Shown here piece by piece: positions 1-15,156 of a stretch of 64,000 bases of DNA. Below the pieces are notes generated by a model. It ran no database searches, had not been told where the DNA came from, and saw nothing but the letters and a program-made list of their open reading frames with translations. Each line of letters opens with the position of its first letter. The first letter of the stretch is position 1. This stretch comes from Octopus sinensis (Eukaryota). The translations under genes were made by a program, and so were the position numbers. The stretch is taken from contig NC_043013.1 of assembly GCF_006345805.1 (NCBI RefSeq), positions 11,222,001-11,286,000 on the forward strand. Reading direction: 5' to 3'.

Positions 1-335
1 ATAAAACAATGCACAAACGAATAAAACATCACAAAGACATAAAAAGTAATCAGAAATACTAAATAAATAAATAAAAACAGATGATAATAAAAAAAAATTC
101 AAAGATGAAAAGTGTTTTTTCATCAGCACAAATAAAAAGAAACAATGAAAAAAACAAACATATTTACGGATGCATACACAAACAGACTGAGTCTCTGGCA
201 CACATACATATACATACATACATACATACAAACAATCACATACGTAAATACATAAACACAGGCGCACGCGTTCACTTACACACAGAGATATATACAACCG
301 CGTAAACGTATCCTACCTCCGTTTCGGATATACGT

Positions 336-380
<45 letters not shown>

Positions 381-389
381 ATACATATA

Positions 390-551
390 GCAGGAGTGGC
401 TGTGTGGTAAGTAGCTTGCTAACCAACCACATGGTTCCGGGTTCAGTCCCACTGCGTGGCATCTTGGGCAAGTGTCTTCTGCTATAGCCCCGGGCCGACC
501 AATGCCTTGTGAGTGGATTTCGTAGACGGAAACTGAAAGAAGCCTGTCGTA

Positions 552-629
<78 letters not shown>

Positions 630-845
630 TGTGTGTGTGTTTGTCTCCCTTGCATTGCTTGACAACCGATGCTGGCGTGTTTACGTCCCCGTCACTTAGC
701 GGTTCGGCAAAAGAGACCGATAGAATAAGTACTGGGCTTACAAAGAATAAGTCCCGGGGTCGATTTGCTCGACTAAAGGCGGTGCACCAGCATGGCCGCA
801 GTCAAATGATTGAAACAAGTAAAAGAGTAAAAGAGTAAAAGAGTA
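390..845 (+). mobile_element. tRNA-derived SINE family A (internal (TA)n(TG)n, CR1-type 3' tail)
   Basis: Head GCAGGAGTGGCTGTGTGGTAAG...GGTTCAGTCCC with pol III A/B-box-like motifs, internal microsatellite, and 3' end GGCGGTGC..CAGCATGGCCGCAGTCAAATGATTGAAAC(AAGAGTA)n. Further copies at 9837-10215, 42442-42856 and 47805-48145(-). Confidence 0.9.
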
Positions 846-1225
846 CATACATACGAAAAAATGCTCACATACACAAGATCACGTTTATTCAGTCGAATAC
901 ACTTACCTGTTACAATTCAAGTTTTATCTTACCTGTACACAAGCACTCACATGCGCGCACATACACACACTCACACACATCTATTTACAAATTCATACAC
1001 ATACAATCACCAAAGAAGCTCCAAATTTAACAACCTGAAATATGGTCTTTTCACAGTCAACGAAGGATCCTCAACCACCTGAGTTTAAATAACGTTTTTC
1101 ATCTTATTTTTCTATGTGAGTTCTTATGCTAAATTCGTAAATACATATATAATTTAATATATATACACATAAATCTTTTATGCAAACGCACAAATTCAGA
1201 TGTATTTATACTTACAAACACACAC

Positions 1226-1271
<46 letters not shown>

Positions 1272-2805
1272 CTGAGTTTATATGTTTGTGTCTGTGTGTG
1301 TATGTTCCTTTTGCATTCAAAAACTTAGTAGCCGATTTTGACTTATAGGGTATCAAATTATTCAGTAATCTTTCGGGTACCAAATAAACTTTATTTTCAT
1401 TTATATATTTGCATTACAAAAATTCAACAGTATAATCTTTCTATAAATCAACCATCGTATACGACGTTTTATACCACTAGACGACGACGATGTCACATAT
1501 TTTAATTGAGTGTGTATATATCTGTCAAAGTGTGAGTTTACGCGATCGTTACGTATTGAAAAGTATATGCGTGAGTGCATGTGAAGGTGTATGAGTTTGT
1601 CAGTATACATACATTTTTGTGATGACTGACACACATCTAAAGACAGAGACAGATGCACAGAGGTAGAGACAAGCCTGAAGCGTGCGTAAATGTATGTATG
1701 TGTGTGTCTGTCCCAGTATATGTATGTGACCGTACCACCCAACAGTGAAACGCACCGATTTTGAAAGTGTTTAGGTTAGTTGCAGTCTGGACCTTGAACG
1801 GACAACAGAGTTCACTTTAAGCTACCACCGTTTGGATTTTCCCTTTCATCATGGAGAGTTGCTGTTTAAACAGCATTAACGAATGTCACTACTTATGTAT
1901 GTCACTACTTATTTATAACAAACATGAAGATTTGACTGATTTTTCAGAACTCACAACACTAGCAAATATTTCTGAGAAAATTTTATTGTGGTTATTGTAA
2001 CAAATTCTGAAACTTGGCGAAGTATAAAGCCTTAGCGACTCTTTCAATATAATTACAGAAATGCTATTCCAGTCCTTATAACCAGTATGAAGATAATGCT
2101 TTTTTAATAGTCCTAGCGTCCTTATCGTATTCCTGCTATGCTGCTTTAACAGTGTTAGTATTCAACGCCGCGCAACCTTTTTACTACATTAGTCAATATC
2201 TATTCTACAGCCTATAAAATTACACAGTTAAAATATATAGTAAGTGATGTCAAATTAATATATGTCTTTCTACATACATCCTTCAGCTAATATTTTAAAT
2301 TAACACTCACAGCAATAACATATTCCTTTGTACACACTTTGTTCAACGTTAGTTTAAATATTACAACTTAATAAATTTTTTGTATAAATTATGTCTACTA
2401 AATTTCTTGGACCTTGACTTTCTTCACCGTGATATTCAATCCTGAATTTTATAACATTTAGTACATGTGCAAAATTTATGTTGGCTTTCTGTGCATTGTT
2501 ACATTGGTGACACATAGTCATTTTTGCTAAATTGTTGACTTTCCGATGCTGGAATATTTCTTTTGGAAACATTCCCTAAAAAACGCTTTATAGCATAACT
2601 ATGCGACAGAAAGTGTGTATTGCATAAGTATGCTACAAAAAGTATATTGACGACATTTTGTTTCGCTTGAACTTCGTGTGTGTACGTTTTGCTGTTTTCC
2701 ATATCAATTCTATGAGTGTGTATGTGTCTGCGAGTCTGTGTGTGTGTTTCTGCATTTGTCACGTCTATAGTAAACTATAGTAAAGGACATTTCATGCCAT
2801 CTTAA

Positions 2806-3171
2806 TGAACGCATATCTAACAAAGTAGCCATCTTAATAGTAGGTGATCTTCATGAAAAACGTGATAATCTCATTCGAGCTCGAGATAACAAACTTAAGC
2901 GTGTTTCAGAGACTCGTCCTCTTATGATGCTCTTCAGCATCCTCTTATTCCGTGGAATGGCCAAGATGGGTATAATTTCAATATTCCACAGATTGAACTT
3001 GCAACAGGATAGCCAATTACAAAGAAAAGGGTGTCGTTAAATAACTTCTATTCTTACCAACTAATGTTAAGACCCATAACAATCACATCAATTACCCATG
3101 TATCATGATCTCTTTCAGCAATACCTGGTTGATATGTATGCTAATGTTAGGAGTCAGCGTCTCAAAATTCG
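2806..3171 (+). pseudogene. Helitron Rep (Helitron_like_N region) remnant, part 1
   Basis: Manual translation across frameshifts: KVAILIVGDLHEKRDNLIRARDNKLKRVSETRP/SYDALQHPLIPWNGQDGYNFNIP...VSLNNFYSYQLMLRP/DLFQQYLVDMYANVRSQRLK. This matches the Helitron RepHel motifs RVSETHRSYDALQYP and FQQYxVDMYAKIESERL. Confidence 0.85.
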
Positions 3172-3173
3172 TA

Positions 3174-4463
3174 CGAGAGGCGTTCAATAAGTAATGCCCT
3201 TGGCCCACTTCCCATAGCAGTAGAGCAACGAAACTTGACACAGTTATTAGTCTTTTTCTACATAGGAACCACCCAGAGTTACGCATTTCTCCCATCGTTT
3301 GATGCAGCTCTGAAGACCGTTTTTGTAGAAGACCCTATCTTGGTCCTCCAACCACGACGTGACTTCAGAAATCAAGGCTGCATCATTTGGGAAACGCTTT
3401 CCTTTCAAAAATGACTTCATGGCTGGGAAGAGGTGAAATCAGAGGGTGCAAGGTCAGGAGAGTAGGGGGAATGGGGGATGAGTTCATAGCCGCACGCCTG
3501 TGCTTCTGATCTGGCAACACACGAGTTGTTGATCGGAGCGTTGCCTTGCAGGAGGAGGATGCCTTTGCTGATCTTGCCCCGCCTCTTGATTTTGATAGCT
3601 TCTCTTAATTTCCTCAAAAGTGAAGCATAATAGACTCCTGTAATTGTGGCACCCTTTGCCAGGAAATCTGTCATCACTACTCCGTTCTGGTCCCAGAAGA
3701 CTGTGAGCCTGACCTTGTCAGCGGAGGGCTGCAGCCTTGCCTTCTTTGGAGGAGGTGAGTCACGGTGCTTCCACTGCATTGACTGGGATTTGGACTCTGG
3801 ATCATAGTGATGGAGCCAGGTTTCATCCTGTGTAATCAGTCTTTTGAAAAAATTTGACTCATCTTCATGGCACATCTCCAAATTCATCCTCGAGCAATCG
3901 ACGCGTTCTTGCTTCTGGAAAGGTGTGAGCAACCTGGAAATCCATCTGGCAGACACCTTTTTCATATGCAAATGGTCATGAATGATAGTTTCCACAGACC
4001 TGGTACTAATCTTGACCTCATGGGCTATTTGGCGAATAGTTATGCGTCAATCTTCCAAAATGGCAGCCTCAACTTGACGGACAGATGCCTCATCAATGGC
4101 AGAAGAGGGCGACCAGATCTGGGAGCTGTTTCCACAGAGTTCCAACGATGTTTGAATTCACGATGCTAGCGTTTTACAAGGTCATATGATGGGACATCAT
4201 TACCATAAGTTACTTTCATTTCATCAAAAGTCTCCTGTGGTGTGCGTCCTTTCAAATACAAAACCGAATCACTGCTCGACACTCAACAGGCTCCATTTCA
4301 CACTTGACTCAGTTCAAACACCTGTAAATCAGAAACCACAATTAGTTCAGAGCTGTAATTTGCCACTTAATCTATAGAGATATGAATAATTGCACATGCA
4401 AAATTTCAGCTAGATCAAATAGCTGCAAGTGGGTCAGAGGCATTACTTATTGAACGTCCCTCG
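3174..4463 (-). mobile_element. Full-length decayed mariner (DD34D) transposon, 1290 bp
   Basis: TIRs CGAGAGGCGTTCAATAAGTAATGCC (3174) and its near-complement GGCATTACTTATTGAACGTCCCTCG (ends 4463). TA target duplication at 3172-3173 and 4464-4465. Confidence 0.95.
3247..4296 (-). pseudogene. mariner transposase pseudogene
   Basis: MEPVECRAVIRF/LYLKGRTPQETF...KKVSARWISRLL...ITQDETWLHHYDPESKSQSMQW...LLQGNAP (second catalytic D replaced by G)...HSPYSPDLAPSDF/...KRWEKCVTLGGSYVEKD*. Contains frameshifts and a stop. Confidence 0.95.
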
Positions 4464-4465
4464 TA

Positions 4466-4550
4466 ACAAAAAAAAAAAAAACAGTAAGGGCTAAAAACTA
4501 TGTTCATCTCCAAGATGTTCTGACGACATCTGGAGACTAGTTTCAGGGTA
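4466..4550 (+). pseudogene. Helitron Rep remnant, part 2 (resumes after the mariner)
   Basis: Reads ...VRAKNYVHLQDVLTTSGD, continuing the Helitron motif (N)QxxLRAExYxHLxDA directly after part 1. Confidence 0.75.
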
Positions 4551-4841
4551 TATGCCCCTTTGCAAGGCAGAGCATATATTATAGCATTTCGGGGCGGTAA
4601 CTTTATTTTTTCTGCCAAATAAACACACACACGGTATATATTTGTTCTTTACACGTTTATTATTGTTCTTAACCCATTTGCATTGTCCAGAAATCTTTCG
4701 TCACAAATCTGTAAACCCTTCAGTGACACATTCTGTCGTCGTGTGTGCTCCTGCTCCGCTTAGTCCATTGTGTTCTTCTATGTTCTCCATCATAGAAGAA
4801 CAGAATGAACTAATCATGTAAAGTTTATTTGCCAACCTAAT

Positions 4842-5443
4842 GTGATAGTCCCGATTGGGACTAATGCTACTGTTGTTTAGCTCCCGAGCACATCGTCTCC
4901 AGCTGGCTATACGACAAACAATCTTTGTCCTTATATTTTCGAATAAGGGAGTTTAGTACACATACCACCGTGGACTGCACGGTTTTAGGGTTATCTAACT
5001 TCGTCAGCACAGAATAACACTTTGGCTGAGATGGCGCTGCTAAATCCTCCTTCGAAAATATATATAATATTCTAAGTGACACACAGTTCCTGATCTAATA
5101 AATAGAAACATTATTGTTCCTAAATTTCTCAACGAGAGATATTCAGTAGCAGTACTTTAAAGTACAGGCTATCTGCCATCTTGACGTGACAGTCCCGGTT
5201 AGGATTAATGCTCGTGTTGTTTAGCCCCAGGAGACATTGCCCCCAGCTGACTATATGACACACAATCTGTGTCCTTATATTTTCGAACAGGGGAGTTTAG
5301 CACCCCCACCTAGCACAAAGCAGTTTCTGTAGACTGCACTGTTTCGGGGTTATTTCCCATCGTTGGCACAGAATAACTCTTTGGCCGAGATGGCACTGCT
5401 AAAGCTTCATTCGAAAATATTTATAATTTTCTAAGTGACACAC
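4842..5443. repeat. Two diverged direct copies (~245-260 bp) of an interspersed repeat
   Basis: 4842-5085 and 5186-5443 share GTGA.AGTCCCG.TT.GGA.TAATGCT...GTCCTTATATTTTCGAA...GCACAGAATAAC.CTTTGGC.GAGATGGC.CTGCTAAA...CTAAGTGACACACA. Confidence 0.8.
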
Positions 5444-5658
5444 ATGCACATACACACAAGCATACAAACACATACGCACACATACACACACACGTATAAC
5501 CACACGCACGCACATAGATTTAGATATATATAACAAAATGATTCTTTTGTGGATGGCTATCAAATACTTTTCTGACTTATAAATATCTTATACATTTTAT
5601 TTGAGAAAAACCAGTGATGCTTAATTTCAGTTGAAAGAAACATGGATTAGCCTATACC

Positions 5659-5895
5659 TATTTCTATTTCTTTATTACCCACAGGGGGCTAAACACAGAG
5701 GGAACAAACAAGGACAGACATAGGTATTTAGTCGATTACATCGACCCCAGTGCGTAACTGGTACTTAATTTATCGACCCCAAAAGGATGAAAGGCAAAGT
5801 CGACCTCGGCGGAATTTGAACTCACAACGTAACGCAGACGAAATACCGCTATGCATTTCGCCCGGCGTGCTAACGTTTCTGCCAGCTCGCCGCCT
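5659..5895 (-). mobile_element. tRNA-derived SINE family B (MetaSINE-like central domain, Tx1-type tail) with 15-bp TSD
   Basis: Head AGGCGGCGAGCTGGCAGAAACGTTAGC, core GCCTTTCATCCTTT.GGGGTCGATAAATTAAGTACCAG, tail GGGTAATAAAGAAATAG. TSD GGATTAGC(C/T)TATACC at 5644-5658 and 5896-5910. The Meta-domain assignment is from recall. Confidence 0.9.
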
Positions 5896-6489
5896 GGATT
5901 AGCTTATACCGTTGCCACTTTTCACCAACATTTCTCTTTTCGGACTTGAGACATGGTTTTTTTCAATACGTGCATTTATGAGAATAAGCGTTACTTCAAA
6001 GAAAATATTTGTTTTGCCTCGAATTGTCAGCTTCTAGTATTTAAAACATTGGTTGATCTTCTTACAGCGTCAGCAATTATTCACTTTCGTAAACAGAGGA
6101 AGATTTTGTTATATAGTGGAAAATGTATCGTTTAAGTAATGGTAGGGGGAAATTAAAAACACTATTTTAAAATTTATTAGTTTCAACGTACGTTTCACCA
6201 TTGTAGTTATTTGGAACACAGATGTTGCAAGTGCATTTGAAAGTATGGTATATCGTTTAAAAATTTGTCTTTACCTCTCTTTTTGTTATTGCATGTGATG
6301 TTATGGCTGTTTTGAATATTTTAGTATATTCGTATCTTGCTTTTGTCTTGTTGATATGCCGAATTTGGTGCTACATCATATGTTTGTCACAGCATACAAA
6401 TTCGAATTACACAGGTTATAGTAAGGGTTTTCCAAATAGATCAGATTAACTTGTCTTGATGGATATATCTGTTGACAATTTCAGTTATG

Positions 6490-7125
6490 AAATTTAAGTA
6501 CCTATTTTGACACATCGATTTTATCAGAACATAAGTTCCTTCTCATTTTAAGAGTTTGCATATGATTCGATACATTCACGTACAGCAATGATCTTTCTAA
6601 GGGACACCATTTGATACTATATGCATTATGTTGCCCCTCAGTTACCAGATGTGATTTGCTAATGTCGTCGTATTTCTTTCGTATGGCTGAATGATGATAT
6701 GTGATTATAAAATACATGCTTGAAATCACTCCCATACATACGAAAACAGTTTTCTTATCATTCATTTTATTCTATTTGTTTGAGGTAACTTCGGATTTGT
6801 ATGCTACTGAACTAATGTTCCATACCATATCCTGTAGGCAAGAATCTGCATTTGTCCACGCACTTTTTACAATAGTTAGTTTCAGGCATCTATGTAACGT
6901 CATTGTCTTAATATTGGCATTGCAGCTATAGCGTATCTTGTAGTTTATCAGATAACGCCTATTAAAAGTCTATTAAAGATATTTCTATATCCACGGATGG
7001 CAAGGAACTGCTTATGTAAGAAGGCTATCAACTTTTTCCCAATTTGTGCGATTTATTTAGTGAGAAAGGTGCGGCGAACCATATATTTTTATAGGACAAT
7101 TCTGACTTCGGGAATGTGTGTTGGT
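6490..7125 (-). pseudogene. Penelope-like element remnant: RT-thumb/linker plus GIY-YIG endonuclease
   Basis: Across frameshifts: KNIWFAAPFSLN..., YKIRYSCNANIKT..., SSVAYKSEVT...KTVFVCMGV...HHSAIRKKY...SKSHL...YSIKWCPLERS...RRNLCSDK. These match PLE motifs IIWFNPPFS, KxSYSCMPNI, VVYKAxV, YIG, HKSSFRxxKY, SIKWxIL and CNLCxxEK. Confidence 0.75.
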
Positions 7126-7974
7126 ACATAGGATCTCATCATTGAATCTCCTCCTCCTTGTTCCTCTCTCTCTCCAAACATATACAAACATACGTATGTA
7201 TGTATATTATACATTTTTTTGTGACAGAGAGGGGATACGGAGACATAACCTGACAGCTTATATATCATAAAGAATGTTCTGGGTTACAATTCAGAGATAT
7301 TTAAAATTACTCAATCAAAGAATAATTTGCATAATTAAAATTCTGTAGCAACACTAGTCTTAAACACACGAAGCCAATAATTATTTAGGAAATGAAACAA
7401 AAGAACTGAAAATTCTGAGAAACAAAATAGATATTCAAAATATTTTTAATACAACTAAATGACAAAGAAATTGTAAGCTCTTTAATCGAAAGAGAAAATA
7501 ACTAAAAATAAAGAAAAGAAATTACTAATAGTGTGTACTTGTTCACTTGGTATCAAATTGCAAATTAATCAATGAAATCATCATAAAATTATTTTCTTAA
7601 ACATAATCTTGCTTGAAATTGCTGCGTAAATCTTACACCTGAAGCAAACACTGACATCGTACAATAGCTTACACAAATAAAACATATTATTATCTACTCT
7701 TGTTAAACGTAGTCAAAGGAGTGTGTGATTTTGTGGGTATGTGTGTGTGTGTGTGTGTAAATGATTCTGCACTAAAAATAGGCGCTGGCAGGTCAGTGTG
7801 CTAAGAATTTTGTTTCCAATGGGTTATGTCACACTGTGTGGTATCTTGGGCAAGTGTTGTATACTATAGACCTGAGCCGATCAGAGCATTGCCATGGACT
7901 TCGTAGAGAGAAACTGAATGAAGCCTGTCATATATAAAATTATCAATGATACTGTTTAATTAAAAATAAATAAG

Positions 7975-9689
7975 TTAGGCGGGCGTATCTCGCCCCCCAA
8001 AAATAAGAAAAAGCCATTTGGATTACCTTTTTGGAGTATTATACAAAGGATTCCCTGTCTGTGCTATTTGTGAAATTTTTCTTTTACTTTTCCCTTCGTC
8101 TATTATTTCTTTCTTTCTAAAAATGTTTGGTTCATTCTTTTCATTACTTTCATTTCAGTTTCCTCCCCTCCCCTTTATATTGTTTTATTTTTATTCGGTT
8201 TAATTTTTTGGCAGACTGTCTTTTGAACTACTTTTGAACTGTTTTTTGACATGGCAGAGAAGAAACTTAAAAAGAAAAACTCTGTGGGAAAATAACCCGC
8301 CTAAGCAATGGTTAAAAGATATGGAAGAGAAGACGATGGTACTTAGAACATATTCTAAACTTCTTAATTCCATCACCGTCTTCCCAAAACAAATCATAAA
8401 AAATGAACTTAAAGAACATTTGTCCTCTGTAAAATATATATCCCGTGGTGACAAACATGCAACCGTATGGTTGCTGTTTGACAAGGGGAAAAGGCTCGCC
8501 AGTTTGCGAGTCAGCCTTTAGAAGGCAAGGAAATCCTGTTTCTCCCGTCATATTGTGGAAGAAAATTAATACGAGCCTGGATATGTGGGCTCCTCCCGGG
8601 CACCGAAGCCGATTGGATTGAAGATACCATCCGACGGGGACTGGGGGATGGCGGGCCCAAGCACTTAAATGTAAGAGTATTGCCGGCGGTCGATTGGGAA
8701 GGGTCAAAAGCGATTTTGACCCTGTGGAACCCATCGGCCGCAACAGAACTGGTTTTTCCAGATTTCTTGAAAATGGCTGGCTGCAGGTATCCGGTGATAC
8801 TTGAGGGACGTCCCCCAAAGTGTCACTCGTGCCTGCAGCCAGGCCACATTAAAAGGAACTGCCCCCAGGACAATGGTAAGGTCCTGGAACAGTCACCAGA
8901 TGCCACCTCCCCTACCCGGTCAAAGGGAGAGGTGGATGTGGTCGAGGAGGCTTCAGCCTCCTCAACTCAAAAAAGGATTAAAAAGGAAGGTGGGCAACAA
9001 TAGTTGCCCGCTGAAGGAACCTAAGGCTTCGGGAGGCGGGGGAGAGTCTCCGGACAAAGCGGAAGGGCTCCACTCTCCCTAAGCCAGGAAGAAAAGAAAA
9101 AAGAAAGAAGAAGAACGGGTCATCTCAGCAGGGAGATGATGTGACGACTGCATGTCCCGAAGTTGTGCCACCCACGGTGGAAGAAACCACCCCCACCCTT
9201 AAAGATGTTCAATTAATTATCTTTTTCTACAAGGGCGGAGAGGTGGAAAAAGTAGTAGAAGAACTTAAAGAAAGAGTAGATATGCCCTTCACACGGGATC
9301 CCGAATGGCCTCCGCAGATAGCTGAGGAGGTCATAAGGTTACCCTTGTGGGAAAGGCTTAAGGAATTTGGGGAGGAGTGTCGCATATGGCCGGGTGGCCC
9401 TTACACGACTTACATGTCCTACATGAGTGAGGCATGGGAAATGGCGGGATACAGAAACTCAAGCGGCATTGAAGATAATGATGAATATATCGATGGATAT
9501 ATCGAAGAGTAGGATGTGAAAGGCCCTCGTTACAGAGTTTGAAATCTCACATTATTGGACTATTTTGTAGTGGTTTATAACCTCAATTTTGTGTTTTAAG
9601 TAAGAAAAAAGAAAATATGTTAAGTAAGAGGTTTTAGCGCCTCCTCCTTGTTAAAGGTTCGAAACCTTATATTGATTTAAAAAAAAAAA
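7975..9689 (+). mobile_element. ORF1-only (half-L1/HAL1-like) non-autonomous retroelement of the L1/Tx1 type
   Basis: GC-richer island with a pyrimidine-rich 5' leader and one disrupted ORF1. About 170 bp of 3' UTR ends in CCTTGTTAAAGGTTCGAAACCTTATATTGATTT plus an A-tail (~9678-9689). No APE or RT sequence lies between the ORF1 stop (9512) and the tail. The 5' boundary is uncertain (7975-8150) and no TSD was found. Confidence 0.7.
8251..9512 (+). pseudogene. LINE ORF1/Gag-like nucleic-acid chaperone with CX2CX4HX4C zinc knuckle (frameshifted)
   Basis: Reconstructed: MAEKKLK/RKTLWENNPPKQWLKDMEEKTMVLRTY...ATVWLLFD/EKARQFASQPLEGKEILFLPSYCGRKLIRAWI...YPVILEGRPPKCHSCLQPGHIKRNCPQ.../basic KKRKRKKKN...acidic C-terminus EDNDEYIDGYIEE*. 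It joins ORF-track pieces 8234-8521, 8680-9003 and 9141-9512. Confidence 0.85.
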
Positions 9690-9836
9690 CGAAAATATGT
9701 TATCGAGAAAAATCCAATCGGCGGATGTTGGGTTTCGTCTCTCATTTATTCATTATATTTCATTTTCATTCATTAATGTGTTTGTCCAGCCCGTAAAGCT
9801 CTTTGTACTGTCTATATGACAAATTTATGAAATAAA

Positions 9837-10215
9837 GTAGCTTGCTTACGAACCACATGGTTCCGGGTTCAGTCCCACTGCGTGGCACCTTGTGTAAGTG
9901 TCTTCTACTATACCTTCGGGCCGACCAAAGCCTTGTGAGTGGATTTGGTAGACGGAAAACTGAAAGTAGCCCGTCGTATATATGTATATATATATGTATG
10001 CGCGTGTTTGTGTGTCTGTGTTTGTCCCCCCAACATCGCTTGACAACCGATGCTGGTGTGTTTACGTCCCGTCACTTAGCGGTTCGGCAAAAAAGAGACC
10101 GATAAAATAAGTATTAGGGTTACAAAGAATAAGTCCTGGGATCGATTTGATCGACTAAAGGCGATGCTCCAGCATGGCCGCAGTCACATGACTAAAACAA
10201 GTAAAAGAGTAAGAT
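9837..10215 (+). mobile_element. SINE family A, 5'-truncated
   Basis: High similarity to 390-845 including the CAGCATGGCCGCAGTCA.ATGACT.AAACAAGTAAAAGAG tail. Confidence 0.9.
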
Positions 10216-10659
10216 TAATTTAAAAATCTGTGAGCGAAACTGAAGAGAACCGAATTTTAGCATTTCTATGTATAGGGCTCCGACTGAAGTTGATGTGATT
10301 TGACAACGGAACAACTAGTGAGGATTTATACTTTATATTTTGTTTCAATTCTTCAAGTATCATTAAGGCAATTCCAGCAAGAACTACATTTAATCTATTT
10401 TAACGCCATAGTATGATAAACTGCAAATAATTGTAAATATTTAGCACTGGATCATGCCCCAAATAACTCGTCTTTAGAATTGTGATTTTTTCTTCTTCTT
10501 CAGAGTACAACTATGATATTTCTCGGAAAATGCGAGAAGTTGGCCGAAGTCAAAATCAATTCGAGGAGACATACGTACATTTTTAGATTGTACAATTTTA
10601 TTCTAGTTTGAATAATTATGAAGACCGAGAATTCATCAAAATGATAATCAATGTCAGCC

Positions 10660-13900
<3,241 letters not shown>

Positions 13901-14202
13901 ACACCACTCTCCGCCAACTATTCTGCCTATATATTTGTGCACACTTTTGAATGCAGTATATACCAGAAGGATTGCAAACCTAACGGAGGCTTCATAAGAC
14001 ATTTTAAGATTGGCAAAATCAGAACAGAACTTGTTTGAAGCTCTCGGTGGTCCAAATCGGATGTGGAGTCTATGTTAGATGTCTTTCCAGAAAATTGTCT
14101 GGTTTAAAAAGCCACATCACATGCCATGATGTTTCTAAGGTGTAGGTACAAAAGGTGGTCAAAATCTGCATAAAAAGTAGACAACCACACTATATATATA
14201 TG

Positions 14203-14309
<107 letters not shown>

Positions 14310-14411
14310 TGTGTGTGAGTGTCTACATGCATACATATTCTACATGTATATATATATTTACAAAGCAACACTCTTATTTTGATATATATGTATGTATATA
14401 TATATATATAG

Positions 14412-14580
14412 TGGGAGAATTCACAAACACACAAAAAAAGACGAAGACAGGTGGGATAGACAACGAACAGATGCATTAGTATAACGCTCGAGAAGTGAAA
14501 AAGTCTTTAACGTTTCGAGCCTACGCTTTTCCGCGGAAAGGAACACAGAAAGAAACAAGTGAGAAAAAGAAGAGAGAATA
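14412..14580 (-). mobile_element. Short non-autonomous repeat carrying a decayed hammerhead-like motif (probable Penelope terminal-repeat derivative)
   Basis: Near-identical block at 37005-37165, with partial copies at 50190-50245 and 52240-52350. The minus strand reads ...AAGAGCGTAGGCTCGAAACGT.AAAGAC, flanked by (TA)n. Confidence 0.55.
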
Positions 14581-15156
14581 TATATATATATATATATACA
14601 TATTCTTTTATTCTTTTATTTGTTTTAGTCAATTGATTAGTCGGCCAAATGGACCTCAGCTAAAGGGATGAGAAAATGTATGTTACCCCTTAATTTGGGA
14701 TCTGTGTGTTGCACATGTTGCCTATCATTTGAAATATAGTCTAATCATCGGCTCTGTAGACAATTTCCATCATTAGAATTTCATTGACCGGCCAAATTTG
14801 ACAAGAAATTGCTAAAAAAGAAAAAAACATTTGTTTAAGATACCAAATATTGAGATCGAACTCGAGACGTCATGATTGCGAGCCAAATTCAATATACGAA
14901 CAGTCACGTTTGCTTTTAAAACAATGGCCGACAGAACAATGCTGCCAGGGCATTATAATAATCCATATCCTCCTCAAAAACATTTACGTATAATATGTCT
15001 GTAGCACATCATCAATGGATTGCATGTTCTGATCTTTGTTTTAGCGTATTTATATATATATATTTTTATCGACTCACTGAACTCTTTCATTGTCGACTCT
15101 TTTGAAGCTGACCGAGACTAAAACAAATACAACAATGACAACATCAGTGACAACAA

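Noticed and set aside
10480-10580. Pyrimidine tract plus CAG followed by a short open frame (YNYDISRKMREVGRSQNQF)
   Set aside because: Weak donor and no homology recognised. Such acceptors are common by chance in AT-rich DNA.
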